From the NCBI GenBank assembly GCA_035552735.1, contig DASZKX010000008.1, positions 1-60,938 on the forward strand: DNA of 60,938 nt, read 5' to 3'. Positions 1 to 9,667 of the stretch are shown piece by piece. Made by a program: the position numbers and the translations under genes. The first letter of the stretch is position 1, and each line of letters opens with the position of its first letter. The stretch is from Xanthobacteraceae bacterium. GTDB lineage: Bacteria > Pseudomonadota > Alphaproteobacteria > Rhizobiales > Xanthobacteraceae. The notes under the pieces are model-generated. The model was given only the letters and a program-made list of their open reading frames with translations, was not told the DNA's origin and ran no database searches.

Positions 1-1352
1 TCGCGGGCCTTGAGGCCGAGCACGCCGAGCATCGGCAGCATCCAGAACGGATTGATCAGGTTGGGCAGCGCCTCGGCGGCGTTGTAGATCTGCACCGCCC
101 AACCGAGATGCACTTTGAGATCATTGGCGGCCTGCATCACATAGGGGGCTTCGATCAGCCATTTGCCACCGCCCGACGGAATGAAGAAGCCGAGCACCGC
201 CGAGTAGAGGCCCATGACGATCGGGAACGTGCCGGTGCTCGTGAGGCTGACGAAGGCATGCGCCACCTGGTCGGCCACCGACTGGCCACCAAAGCCCTTG
301 GCGGTGGTCATCATGGTGGCGATGCCGCCATAGAGCGGGAACTGGATCAGGACTCCGGTCGTGGCCGGCACCGCCTTGGCGACCGCATTGAGAAAGCTGC
401 GCGGCCGCCAATGCAAGAGCGCGCCAAGCATCAGGAACATGAAGTTGTAGGTATTGAGATTCGAGATCGCCAGGATCGGATCCTTGGTGGCGAATTCCTC
501 CGCCAGCCAACGGCCCGCCAGCGCCACCACGATCAGGGTGAGGAGGGGGCTGTATTCCAGCCATTCGCCAGGACGTTGCGGCGGCGGAAGCCGGGCCGGC
601 GCGGCCTCCACGCTCTCGCCCATCATCTGCGCCGTCACCGCCTTGCCGCCCGAGGGCGACGACAGGAGGGCAAGCGCGATCGAGGCGACAAACAGAACCG
701 CGACGATCGTCAGGGACTGCCACAGGAAGATGGTTTGCGAGAACGGGATCACCCCGGTGATGTCGAGGAGCGGTTTCGGCAGGCTCGCCGGATTGGCTTG
801 CAGCTGCGCGGCCGACGAGCTCAGGCCCAGCGCCCAGGTGGCGCCGAGGCCGAGACAGCCGGCGGCGCCGGCGGCCCGATAATCCATGCGCAGATCGGTG
901 CGCCGCGCCAGGGCGCGCACCAACAGGCCGGAAAAGATCAGGCTCATGCCCCAGTTGAGGAGCGACGTCAGCATGCTGATTGCGGCCACGAATCCGACGG
1001 CGGAACGTCCGCTCCGCGGCACACCGGCGAGCGCATCGATAAGCTTGGCGGCCGGCGGCGAGGTTGCCACCACATAGCCCGAGATGACCACCATGGCCAT
1101 CTGCATGGTGAAGGTGATGAGGCTCCAGAAGCCGTCGCCGAAGGATTTCGCGACGCTGACCGGGGGCGCGCCGTTGAGCAGCGCCGCAGCCGCCACCACG
1201 GCGACCGCCAGCACCACGAACACGTAGGCGTCCGGGAACCAGCGCTCGGCCCAATTGGTGAAAGCGAGCCCAAGCCGCGCCAGAACGGTTTCGCCGGAAT
1301 TGTCGGCAGGACGGCCGCCGCCCGCGGTTGCCGTTTGCTCGATGGTCGTCAT
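1..1352 (-). CDS. atoE: Short-chain fatty acid transporter (AtoE family), C-terminus cut by the window edge
   Basis: Absent from the ORF track because the frame stays open to position 1. Manual reverse translation from ATG 1352..1350 gives MTTIEQTATAGGGRPADNSGETVLARLGLAFTNWAERWFPDAYVFVVLAV...FIPSGGGKWLIEAPYVMQAANDL...LINPFWMLPMLGVLGLKAR, a multi-TM AtoE-like sequence. Listed ORFs 108..1439(+) and 121..1380(-) are Arg/Gly/His-rich off-frame artefacts. Confidence 0.8.
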   Translation of the reverse strand, partial: MTTIEQTATAGGGRPADNSGETVLARLGLAFTNWAERWFPDAYVFVVLAVAVVAAAALLNGAPPVSVAKSFGDGFWSLITFTMQMAMVVISGYVVATSPPAAKLIDALAGVPRSGRSAVGFVAAISMLTSLLNWGMSLIFSGLLVRALARRTDLRMDYRAAGAAGCLGLGATWALGLSSSAAQLQANPASLPKPLLDITGVIPFSQTIFLWQSLTIVAVLFVASIALALLSSPSGGKAVTAQMMGESVEAAPARLPPPQRPGEWLEYSPLLTLIVVALAGRWLAEEFATKDPILAISNLNTYNFMFLMLGALLHWRPRSFLNAVAKAVPATTGVLIQFPLYGGIATMMTTAKGFGGQSVADQVAHAFVSLTSTGTFPIVMGLYSAVLGFFIPSGGGKWLIEAPYVMQAANDLKVHLGWAVQIYNAAEALPNLINPFWMLPMLGVLGLKAR

Positions 1353-1523
1353 GGCCTGCTGCCCCCCTTTGCGTGCCCACAATCCGCGCGTGAGCGGACC
1401 TGGCAACTCCTGGGGTGGGCTCTGCGACCCGTCCGGTGAATTAAAGCGAGAGCGGCGACCCGGCATTCCCCGCGGATGACGGGTGCAAGCTAGCAATTTC
1501 CGGGAGTGCTCGAAAGCCAAGCC

Positions 1524-1565
1524 TAAATAAAAGCGCCCGATCGGACTTTCATCCGATCGGGCGCT
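1524..1565 (-). terminator. Rho-independent terminator downstream of the porin-like gene
   Basis: Perfect 13-bp stem with arms at 1532..1545 and 1553..1565 (agcgcccgatcgg / ccgatcgggcgct). On the minus strand it is followed by TTTTATTT (1524..1531). Confidence 0.7.
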
Positions 1566-1604
1566 GGTAAGCTCGCAAATGCCGCTTCCGGCAGGACGGT
1601 ACGC

Positions 1605-2393
1605 TTACATGCCGAAGAGGCCGAGCCCACCGAGCTTGAAGTTGAGCCTGGCAGTCACTTCCGACGCCGTCATGCTGACCGAGTTGCTCACGGTCTGGGC
1701 GGCTGCGCCCGCGGGTGTGAAGGCGCCGAGATTGTAGGTCTCCTTGCCGAGGTTGAGATAACGGTACTCGATGCCGACGAACACGTTGTTGGTGACCGCA
1801 TAGTCGATGCCGGCGCCCACGTTGAAGCCGAAATGGAGCTTGTTGGCATCGGTGAAGCCGAGCGCGGGCGAGCCGCCGGCGCCGCGCGCCACATAGGCCG
1901 AGGTCACATCAAATTCGCCGGTCTCCAAACCGCCGGCCGCATAGATGAGGGTCCGATCCCAAGCCATGCCGACCTTGGCGCGGGTGGCGGCCAGATAATC
2001 GGTTTTGATCGCCGTGGAATCGCCGGCCAGAAACGCGCCGGCGGGTGCCGCAAATGTTGCGGTCTGCTTGAGCCCGGTGAATTGATAGTCCTGCTCGAGG
2101 CCCAGCACATATTGGCCGATCTGCCAATTGTAGCCGGCCTGGATGCCGCCGATCACGCTGCTGTTCTTGATGTCCATGGCGCCCGGCGCGCCGACCGCTC
2201 CGGTGAGGTTGTTGGTGGTGGTCGGGCTCGTGTTGAAGGTGCCCCAGACCCCTCCGACATTGCCGCCCACATAGGTTCCGGTCCAGGAGAACGCGGGTGC
2301 GTAGCTCGGGGCCTTCAGGGGCATGCCCATATCCGCCGCCAGCGCCGATCCCCCGACAGCCGTCGCAAACACGATTCCCAAAATCATACGCAT
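1605..2393 (-). CDS. Outer-membrane beta-barrel protein (Omp25/RopB-like porin family)
   Basis: Start moved to MRMILGIVFATAVGGSALAADMG, which has GGAGAG 6 nt upstream. Signal peptide, alternating Gly/aromatic beta-strand pattern, and C-terminal ...RLNFKLGGLGLFGM. Confidence 0.85.
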   Translation of the reverse strand: MRMILGIVFATAVGGSALAADMGMPLKAPSYAPAFSWTGTYVGGNVGGVWGTFNTSPTTTNNLTGAVGAPGAMDIKNSSVIGGIQAGYNWQIGQYVLGLEQDYQFTGLKQTATFAAPAGAFLAGDSTAIKTDYLAATRAKVGMAWDRTLIYAAGGLETGEFDVTSAYVARGAGGSPALGFTDANKLHFGFNVGAGIDYAVTNNVFVGIEYRYLNLGKETYNLGAFTPAGAAAQTVSNSVSMTASEVTARLNFKLGGLGLFGM

Positions 2394-2754
2394 CGAGCAC
2401 TCTCCAAATATTGCGGCCAACTTGAGTGCTATTTACGGCCGACCTACCACAGTCCGATAGTGTAAAAGAGCAACACTTAAAATAAAAACGCCATCTTATC
2501 TGTATACTATTCGTTAACCATAATTATTGTTGCGTTTTGATCGGAACTAATATCAGTAAATACAATATTAATCGCTCAATGGACTAAAGTATATTCTGCC
2601 AAGTTGACGCCGGACCACTGTCGCGCCGGACCGTTCCGGTAACACAAGCGAGCAAATGCCGGTGCATTGACGGCATACGAGAATTCATCCTCCCCGAAAT
2701 GCTTTAGGAGTTGCTGCGCACGGCGGCCGTCGCCCGCGTGCCAAGAGGTGAAGG

Positions 2755-3762
2755 ATGGGCCAGAGCCCCCGTTCGAGCAGCGCGCGCAAGAAGCCGGTCG
2801 TGATCGACTTCCATGCCCATTTCATGACCCCGGAAGTCTTCGAGGCGACCTACAAGCTGTCCGTGATCGGCCGGCTGCGCGCGCAGGCGGACGGCAAGGC
2901 GGTGCGGCCGTTTCCGCAAGCCCAGATCGCCCGCATGACCGACCTCAAGCTGCGGCTCGCCGCCATGGACGAGATGGGCGTCGACGTCCAGGTCATCAGT
3001 CCCAACATTCTCCACCAATGCACCTACGGGCTCGAGCCCCAGGACGCCCTGCGGCTCGAGCGGCTCAACAACGATCATGCCGCCGAGCTGGTCGCGCAGA
3101 AGCCGGACCGCCTCATCGGCATCGGGTCGGTGCCGCTGCAAAACGTCGAGATGGCGATCCACGAGATGGAGCGCGCGGTGCTCGACCTCAAGCTCAAGGG
3201 CATCATCATCGCGTCGCGCATCAACGAGACCGATCTCGGCGATCCCGCCTTGCGTCCGTTCTGGAGCCGGGCGCAGGCGCTCGACGTTCCGATCTTCGTG
3301 CATCCGGCCGGCAATGCCGATCCGCGGCTGCAGAAGCACAGCCTGCTGATCTCGCTCGGGCAGCCGCTCGAGGAGGCGTTTGCCCAGACCTCGCTGATCT
3401 ATGACGGCGTCATGGACGAATTCCCGCGGCTCAAGATCGCCTTCGCCCACGGCGGCGGCTTCATTCCGTACTATGCGGGCCGCTTCGATTGGATCTATCA
3501 CCGCGGCTCGACGCCGCAGATGAAGAGCGATTTCAGTACCTATTTGCGGACGTTCCGCTACGACACGGTGCTGTTCAATCCCGACGTGCTCGAGCAGCTG
3601 GCCACCAAGGTGGACGGCAGCCACATCATGCTCGGCTCCGATTTTCCGTTCGGGGAGGCGAAGCCGGTTGAGTTCGTGCAAAGCGCTGCCAAGATTCCCG
3701 CGGCGGTGCGCGACGCGATCATGGGCGCCAACACGGCGCGCTTTCTGGGCGTGGACATTTGA
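2755..3762 (+). CDS. Amidohydrolase-2 family metal-dependent hydrolase/decarboxylase (ACMSD-like)
   Basis: N-terminal VVIDFHAHF metal-binding motif, then ...FVHPAG... and ...FAHGGG...GSDFPF. RBS gaggtgaagg precedes the ATG. Confidence 0.85.
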   Translation: MGQSPRSSSARKKPVVIDFHAHFMTPEVFEATYKLSVIGRLRAQADGKAVRPFPQAQIARMTDLKLRLAAMDEMGVDVQVISPNILHQCTYGLEPQDALRLERLNNDHAAELVAQKPDRLIGIGSVPLQNVEMAIHEMERAVLDLKLKGIIIASRINETDLGDPALRPFWSRAQALDVPIFVHPAGNADPRLQKHSLLISLGQPLEEAFAQTSLIYDGVMDEFPRLKIAFAHGGGFIPYYAGRFDWIYHRGSTPQMKSDFSTYLRTFRYDTVLFNPDVLEQLATKVDGSHIMLGSDFPFGEAKPVEFVQSAAKIPAAVRDAIMGANTARFLGVDI

Positions 3763-3787
3763 TCGGTGGGGCGAAAATCCGAGCCGA

Positions 3788-4324
3788 TCAGCGGACGGGT
3801 TCGCTCTTGAGCACCGTCTCCTGGGCGGAGGCCGGCTGCGCATGCCGCGCCCAGTTCGCCGCCAAGCGGCCGTCGCCGGTCGGCTGATAGAACACGGTAT
3901 GACGCGCGATCTCGCTGGCGAACGCCGCCACGTCGGCATCCTTCTTCACCTCGAAGGCATCGAAGCCGGCGCGCACCAGGAACATGAACTGGTCGCGCAG
4001 CACGTCGCCGGTGGCGCGCAGCTCGCCGCGAAAGCCATGAGTTTCCCGCAACTGTCGGGCCTGGCTGTAGGCGCGGCCGTCGCGGAAGGTCGGGAACACC
4101 AGGGCGACGAGCGCGAGCCGGTCGAGATAAGGCGCGAGCTCGGCGGCCTTGCGGTTGTTGGGCCATAGCACGCCGGTCGGCGCCGCGCGGCCCGCAATGG
4201 CGGCGGCGTCGGCGAGAAAGCGCGCTGCCGGAAGGAGCACCGGCACGTCGGCGGGAATCGGCGCGTCGTCGGCGAGCCGAACATAGGGATCATCGATGAC
4301 GTGGCCTGCTTTAACGAGTCGCAT
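3788..4324 (-). CDS. DUF934 protein (accessory protein of sulfite reduction loci)
   Basis: MRLVKAGHVIDDPYVRLADDAPIP...FPTFRDGRAYSQARQLRE...GFDAFEV. The start overlaps the cysI stop by 14 nt. Confidence 0.8.
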   Translation of the reverse strand: MRLVKAGHVIDDPYVRLADDAPIPADVPVLLPAARFLADAAAIAGRAAPTGVLWPNNRKAAELAPYLDRLALVALVFPTFRDGRAYSQARQLRETHGFRGELRATGDVLRDQFMFLVRAGFDAFEVKKDADVAAFASEIARHTVFYQPTGDGRLAANWARHAQPASAQETVLKSEPVR

Positions 4325-5969
4325 AGACGCGCTCCTTGAACGGCTCGACCCCGACCCGCTCCACGGTTTCGAGAAAAATCTCGTCTGGACGCGCGCGCAG
4401 CTCCAGATAGGCCGAAACGATATCCTCGACCACATCCGCAACCTCGGCATACGGAACCGCGGGACCGATCAGGGTGCCGAGCCGGGCCCCCTCGTCGGCG
4501 CGACCGCCGATCGTCACCTGAAAGAACTCCTCGCCATTCTTCTCGACGCCGAGCAGACCGATATGCCCCACGTGATGGTGGCCGCAGGCATTGATGCAGC
4601 CGGAAATGTTGATGTGCAGGCGCCCGAGTTCGTGAGCGAGATCGAGATCGCGGAAGCGCCGGGTCAGCTCCTGGGCGATCGGAATCGAGCGCGTATTGGC
4701 GAGGCTGCAGTAATCGAGGCCCGGGCAGGAGATAATGTCGGAGACGAGCCCGACATTGGGGGTGGCGACGCCAGTGGCATCGAGCGCGCGCCAGAGCGCC
4801 ACCAGATCGCGCTGCGCCACATGGGGCAGCACAAGGTTCTGCTCGTGCCCGACCCGAATCTCGCCGAACGAATAGCGATCCGCCAGATCCGCGATCGCGT
4901 CCATTTGATCAGAAGTGGCGTCGCCGGGCGTGCCGCCTTCCGGCTTGAGCGAGAGGGTCACGATCGAATAGCCCGGCAGCTTGTGATTGCTGACCGAGTT
5001 GTCGACCCATTGGGAGAAGCGGCGATCGGCGGCGCGCGCCTGCGCCAACTGCGGGGGGCTGTCGTCCAGCGGCGCGTAGTCAGGGTAGCGAAAGCGGGTA
5101 GCGACCTCCGCAATGAGCTCGGGATCGAGCACAAGCGCGCCATCCTTGATGGATTGCCATTCGGTCTCGACCTCCTTGGCAAACGCGTCGGCGCCGAGCT
5201 CATGGACCAGAATCTTGATGCGCGCCTTGTAGATGTTGTCACGCCGTCCGAACTGATTGTAGACGCGCAGGATCGCCTCGACGTAGCTCAAGAGGTCGCG
5301 CTTGGGCAGGAATTGCTTGATGGTCTTGCCGATGAACGGCGTGCGCCCGAGCCCGCCGCCGACGATCACCTCGAAGCCGACCTCGCCGGCCTCGTTGCGA
5401 TGCATGTGCAGGCCGATGTCGTGCACCCGCACCGCCGCGCGGTCATGCGCGGATGCGGTCAGCGCGATCTTGAACTTGCGCGGCAGGAAGGAGAATTCCG
5501 GATGCAGGGTCGAATGCTGGCGCAGAATTTCCGCGCTGATGCGCGGATCCTCGATCTCGCCGGGCGCCACGCCCGCCCACTGATCGGTGGTGATGTTGCG
5601 CACGCAATTGCCGCTGGTCTGCATGCCGTGCAGCCCGGCGCGCGCGAGGTCGGCCATGACGTCAGGCAGATCCTTGAGCTTGATCCAGTGGAACTGGATG
5701 TTCTGCCGGGTGGTGAAATGGCCGTAGCCGCGGTCGTAGGCGCGCCCCACTTGCGCCAGCATGCGCAGCTGGGCGGACGACAGGGTCCCGTACGGAATGG
5801 CGATCCGCAACATATAGGCATGCAGCTGCAGATAGACGCCGTTCATGAGCCGCAGCGGCTTGAACTCCTCCTCGGTCAACTCCCCGGAGATGCGCCGCGC
5901 CACCTGGCCGCGGAACTCAGTCACCCGCTCGGCCACCAGGGTACGGTCGAATTCGTCGTAGACATACAT
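4311..5969 (-). CDS. cysI: Sulfite reductase hemoprotein (nitrite/sulfite reductase 4Fe-4S/siroheme family)
   Basis: 552 aa. Contains TTRQNIQFHWI, MQTSGNCVRNITT, PRKFKIA and SCPGLDYCSLANT...ISGCINACGHHHV cluster/siroheme motifs. Confidence 0.9.
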   Translation of the reverse strand: MYVYDEFDRTLVAERVTEFRGQVARRISGELTEEEFKPLRLMNGVYLQLHAYMLRIAIPYGTLSSAQLRMLAQVGRAYDRGYGHFTTRQNIQFHWIKLKDLPDVMADLARAGLHGMQTSGNCVRNITTDQWAGVAPGEIEDPRISAEILRQHSTLHPEFSFLPRKFKIALTASAHDRAAVRVHDIGLHMHRNEAGEVGFEVIVGGGLGRTPFIGKTIKQFLPKRDLLSYVEAILRVYNQFGRRDNIYKARIKILVHELGADAFAKEVETEWQSIKDGALVLDPELIAEVATRFRYPDYAPLDDSPPQLAQARAADRRFSQWVDNSVSNHKLPGYSIVTLSLKPEGGTPGDATSDQMDAIADLADRYSFGEIRVGHEQNLVLPHVAQRDLVALWRALDATGVATPNVGLVSDIISCPGLDYCSLANTRSIPIAQELTRRFRDLDLAHELGRLHINISGCINACGHHHVGHIGLLGVEKNGEEFFQVTIGGRADEGARLGTLIGPAVPYAEVADVVEDIVSAYLELRARPDEIFLETVERVGVEPFKERVYATR

Positions 5970-5972
5970 CGT

Positions 5973-6311
5973 TTACATTCCGGCGCTGACGGGCACGCCC
6001 GCGGTGGCGGGCAGCTCGATGGTGGGGCCCGCGAGCCTGATGCTTTCGCGCAGGTTTCCGGGTCGCACGCCGCCATCCTTATCAAGCTTCACCGGCGCCA
6101 CATAGGCACCCACCGCCCCGATATCGTCCGCAATCGCGCCCTCCAGTAATTCGGTGGCGGCCGGCGCCGTGGTGACCACCGCGGCGCGCGCAAAATCCGT
6201 GCTCCAGCTATGGTCGGCGGTGCGGTAGATCACCGCGCCGTCGCCCAGCCGGTTGGCGGTGATCAGAACCGGGCCCGTGATCTTGAGCTTCTTTTCCAAC
6301 GGCGAGGTCAT
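5973..6311 (-). CDS. DUF2849 protein (usually upstream of alphaproteobacterial cysI)
   Basis: 112 aa, KITGPVLITANRLGDGAVIYRT... Lies 3 nt upstream of cysI on the same strand. Confidence 0.75.
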   Translation of the reverse strand: MTSPLEKKLKITGPVLITANRLGDGAVIYRTADHSWSTDFARAAVVTTAPAATELLEGAIADDIGAVGAYVAPVKLDKDGGVRPGNLRESIRLAGPTIELPATAGVPVSAGM

Positions 6312-6588
6312 GCGTGACTATCCATCCTCATTGGCGCAACGGCTGGGGCGGATTGCACCCTCCACCGGAACGGAATACATAGCGCGGAAGCCGCCCGTTG
6401 ACTAGAATTATTTTCCGTATACAAAGAGCGCAAGGCCCTGAAATAGAAAAACATACTACTATGGAAGCGAAATCGCTTGAAACAGCGCAACTGCAAATCG
6501 CCCGAAAGCGAGATGGTTCTTTTCCCGATTCCGCGCTCCGACCGTTTCTTGGGGCGCAAGCCGGCCAAGGCGCCGGAGTGAGCCCCAT

Positions 6589-6648
6589 CAATCGTCCTAC
6601 GAATCGTCCTATGAATCGTCCTTTGGATCGCCCTATGGATCGTCTCAG
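6589..6648. repeat. 12-bp tandem repeat x5 overlapping the cysD start region
   Basis: caatcgtcctac / gaatcgtcctat / gaatcgtccttt / ggatcgccctat / ggatcgtctcag. Two units carry in-frame ATGs (6611 and 6635). Confidence 0.9.
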
Positions 6649-7429
6649 CGAGCTCGAAGCCCAGAGCATCTTCATCTTTCGGGAGGGCTTTGCCCGTCTC
6701 AAGCGTCTCGCCTTGCTGTGGTCGCTCGGCAAAGATTCCAACGTCATGATCTGGCTCGCCCGCAAGGCGTTTTTCGGGCGGGTGCCGTTTCCGGCGCTGC
6801 ACGTGGATACCGGCAAGAAGTTTCCGGAAATGTACGCCTTCCGGGATCGCTACGCGGTCGAGTGGAATCTCGATCTCCTGGTCGAGCCCTGTCCGCCGAT
6901 CGAGGCGGTTGATCCGACGCTGCCGCCGGCCGCCCGCTCGGCGGCGCGCAAGACCGAAGGATTGAAGCTCGCCCTGGCCAAATACGGATTCGACGGCCTG
7001 TTCGCCGGCATTCGCCGCGACGAGGAGGCGACCCGCGCCAAGGAACGGGTGTTCTCGCCGCGCGGGGTCGAGGGCGGCTGGGATGTCCGCGATCAGCCGC
7101 CGGAATTCTGGGATCACTTCAACGCCTCGCCGCCGCCGGGCGCGCATTTGCGCATTCACCCGATCCTGCATTGGACCGAGGCCGATATCTGGGCCTACAC
7201 GCGGCGCGAGGGCATCCCGATCATCCCGCTCTATCTGGCGCGCGACGGCAAGCGCTATCGCTCGCTCGGCGATGCCGACATCACCTCGCCGGTGGCGTCG
7301 CAGGCGAGCACCATCGACGAGATCATCACCGAGCTCGACGGCACCAAGGTGCCGGAGCGCTCGGGCCGCGCCATGGACCACGAGTCCGAGGATGCGTTCG
7401 AGCGCCTGCGCGTTTCCGGCTATCTGTAA
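6635..7429 (+). CDS. cysD: Sulfate adenylyltransferase subunit 2
   Basis: MDRLSELEAQSIFIFREGFA...LWSLGKDSNVM...HVDTGKKFPEMY... PAPS-reductase/ATP-PPase fold. I chose the start by analogy with canonical CysD N-termini. Alternatives are 6611, or 6398 as given in the track. Confidence 0.88.
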   Translation: MDRLSELEAQSIFIFREGFARLKRLALLWSLGKDSNVMIWLARKAFFGRVPFPALHVDTGKKFPEMYAFRDRYAVEWNLDLLVEPCPPIEAVDPTLPPAARSAARKTEGLKLALAKYGFDGLFAGIRRDEEATRAKERVFSPRGVEGGWDVRDQPPEFWDHFNASPPPGAHLRIHPILHWTEADIWAYTRREGIPIIPLYLARDGKRYRSLGDADITSPVASQASTIDEIITELDGTKVPERSGRAMDHESEDAFERLRVSGYL

Positions 7430-7435
7430 CCAGGC

Positions 7436-9391
7436 GTGCGTCCCCTGACCACATCGTCCGAGAGCTCCGAGAATTCCATGAACATTTTGGTCACCGAGCA
7501 GTTCGCCTCATCCGAGCCGGCGGCGGCGCCGGCCGGCAAACGCGCGCTGGTGCGCATCGTCATCGTCGGGCATGTGGACCACGGCAAATCGACCCTGATC
7601 GGACGGCTCCTGTACGAGACCGGCAGCCTGCCCGACGGCAAGCTCGAATCGCTCAAGGCCGTCAGCGCCCGCCGCGGCATGCCGTTCGAATGGTCGTTCC
7701 TTCTCGACGCGCTGCAGACCGAACGCGATCAAGGCATCACGCTCGACACCAGCCAGATCCGGTTTCGGACGCCGTCGCGCGATTTCGTGCTCATCGACGC
7801 ACCCGGCCACGCCGAGTTTCTGCGCAACATGATCACTGGCGCCGCCCAGGCCGATGCCGCGCTGCTCATCGTCGATGCGGCCGAAGGCGTGCGCGACCAG
7901 ACCCGCCGGCACGGCTATCTGCTGCACCTGCTCGGCGTGCGGCAGGTGGCGGTCGTCATCAACAAGATGGATCGCGTGAGCTTCGACGAGCAGAGATTCC
8001 GCGATATCGAGACCGAAATCTCCACCCATCTGGTCAATCTCGGGCTCACGCCGGTCGCCGTCATCCCGATCTCGGCGCGGGACGGCGATGGCGTGGCACG
8101 ACGCACCGACTCGATCGCCTGGTACCGCGGGCCGACCGTGGTCGAGACCCTCGACAGCTTCATGCCCGCCCGCCAGCCCGATGAGCTGGCGCTGCGGTTG
8201 CCGGTGCAGGCGGTCTACAAGTTCGATGATCGGCGCATCGTCGCGGGCCGCATCGAGACCGGCAGCATCGCGGTCGGCGACGAGATCGTGATCATGCCCT
8301 CCGGCAAGACCGCCCACGTCCGCTCGATCGAATCCTGGCCGGAGCCGGCGCTTGCGCCGCGCGCGGCCAGCGCCGGGCAATCCGTCGGCATCACGCTCGA
8401 CAGCGAGATCTTTCTCGACCGCGGCGACGTGGTCTCGACCGCCGCGGTTCGGCCCAAGGCCGCCCAGCGCTTGCGCGCGCGGGTGTTCTGGCTGCACGAA
8501 GAGCCGATCGAGGTCGGCACCACCCTCAATGTGAGGATCGGCACCGCCGAGGCCCGCGGCACCATCGCGGCGATCGAGAAAGCGGTCGATCCCGGAGCGC
8601 TGTCGACCACCGAGGCCAAGGCGGTGGCGCAGAACCATGTGGGCGAGATCGATATTGCGTTGTCGCGGCCGCTGGCCGTCGATCCCTACGCGGTGAACGC
8701 GCGCACCGGCCGCATCGTGCTGGACATGAAGGGTCGCATTTCCGGCGGCGGCCTAGTGCTCTCCCTCGATCCGCCCCCTCCCGTTCCCTCCGCCGCAAGC
8801 GGGGGCGGGCGGAGCGGAGGCGCGCGCTCGCCGCAAAGCGCAGCCCTCAAAACCGCCGTGTCGCCGCAAGAGCGCGCGGCGCGCTCGGGTCACGCCGGCG
8901 CGATCCTGTGGCTCACGGGCGCAGGCGGTTCCGGCGCATCGAAGCTGGCACGCGCCGTCGAGCGGCGGCTGTTCGATCGCGGTGGCGCGCCGATCGTGCT
9001 CGAGATCGATGCCTTGCGAAGCGGGCTCAATGCCGATCTCGGCGCCAGGCCGGCGGACCATACCGAGACCGTCCGACGCACCGCCGAGGTCGCGGCCCAT
9101 CTGGCGCGCAACGGATTCATCGTCATCGTGGCCGCCATCTCGCCCACCGCGGCCGGCCGCGCGCAGGCGCGCTCGATCGGCGGCAAGCACTTCTTTGAGG
9201 TTCATGTGGACGCGGCCGCCGCAGCCGCCGCATCCGATGCGGCCTACGAGGCGCCCGTCGCTCCGGATCTCAGGCTCGATACCCTCCGCTACGATCTCGA
9301 TACCAATTCGCTCCAGGTCGAGCAGTTGCTCGAGACCGCCGGCGTGATCGCAAGCGGCGATCGGCCCGCGGGCGGAGAGTTCGCGATTTGA
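7436..9391 (+). CDS. cysN: Sulfate adenylyltransferase subunit 1 (GTPase) fused to a degenerate APS-kinase-like C-terminal domain
   Basis: G-domain motifs [15 protein letters not shown] and NKMD. A Pro/Gly/Ser linker (aa 441-475) precedes a CysC-like domain. Codon 7436 is GTG; an alternative ATG lies at 7478 (MNILVTEQ). Confidence 0.9.
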   Translation: MRPLTTSSESSENSMNILVTEQFASSEPAAAPAGKRALVRIVIVGHVDHGKSTLIGRLLYETGSLPDGKLESLKAVSARRGMPFEWSFLLDALQTERDQGITLDTSQIRFRTPSRDFVLIDAPGHAEFLRNMITGAAQADAALLIVDAAEGVRDQTRRHGYLLHLLGVRQVAVVINKMDRVSFDEQRFRDIETEISTHLVNLGLTPVAVIPISARDGDGVARRTDSIAWYRGPTVVETLDSFMPARQPDELALRLPVQAVYKFDDRRIVAGRIETGSIAVGDEIVIMPSGKTAHVRSIESWPEPALAPRAASAGQSVGITLDSEIFLDRGDVVSTAAVRPKAAQRLRARVFWLHEEPIEVGTTLNVRIGTAEARGTIAAIEKAVDPGALSTTEAKAVAQNHVGEIDIALSRPLAVDPYAVNARTGRIVLDMKGRISGGGLVLSLDPPPPVPSAASGGGRSGGARSPQSAALKTAVSPQERAARSGHAGAILWLTGAGGSGASKLARAVERRLFDRGGAPIVLEIDALRSGLNADLGARPADHTETVRRTAEVAAHLARNGFIVIVAAISPTAAGRAQARSIGGKHFFEVHVDAAAAAAASDAAYEAPVAPDLRLDTLRYDLDTNSLQVEQLLETAGVIASGDRPAGGEFAI

Positions 9392-9440
9392 TGCGTCCCA
9401 GACAGCACGGCATGCATTCGCATAACGTCTTGCACGAGTC

Positions 9441-9536
9441 GTCCCTGCGAAGGCAGGAACCCATACGCCGTGCCCCCTCGATAGCATGCCATAGCCCGTC
9501 GAAGACGGGCCTAAACGCCCTGACGGTATGGGTCCC
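9441..9536. repeat. REP-type palindromic intergenic element
   Basis: Hairpin agcccgtcgaagacgggc plus flanking imperfect inverted repeat ggaacccatacgccgt / acggtatgggtcc. Shares the modules atagccc..aagac and gggc.taaacgccct with the elements at 45.9 kb and 50.8 kb. Confidence 0.5.
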
Positions 9537-9667
9537 GGCGCCGAAAGCGCATCTACGCGCATCTTTGACGCGCTCCGGGCCGGGACGACGTAGAGTTGCG
9601 ACTGCCGGTCGGTGCTATACACAATAGCTCGCAACAGTCCTCACCAATCAACTCGCAAGGTCGGACC

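Noticed and set aside
108-1439. 443-aa (+) and 419-aa (-) ORFs covering the first 1.4 kb
   Set aside because: Both are Arg/Gly/His-rich with no protein-like pattern. The third minus frame encodes a clean AtoE-like multi-TM protein that runs off the window edge.
4296-6149. 617-aa ORF antisense to cysI, and similar long antisense or off-frame ORFs (2704..3939-, 9674..10909-, 15303..16583+, 17041..18237+, 18241..19752+, 20495..21811-, 20926..22365+, 24068..25222-, 35440..36960-, 35592..37022+, 38146..39300-, 44852..45976-, 58313..59302-, 60078..60896-)
   Set aside because: These are typical high-GC shadow ORFs with Arg/Ala/Gly/Pro-rich low-complexity translations. Each overlaps a gene with clear family motifs in another frame.
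6398-6634. N-terminal extension of 79 aa on CysD, as drawn in the ORF track
   Set aside because: The extension has no similarity to CysD N-termini, contains the tandem repeat, and starts within a promoter-like AT-rich stretch. A start at 6635 (or 6611) fits canonical CysD. This remains uncertain.
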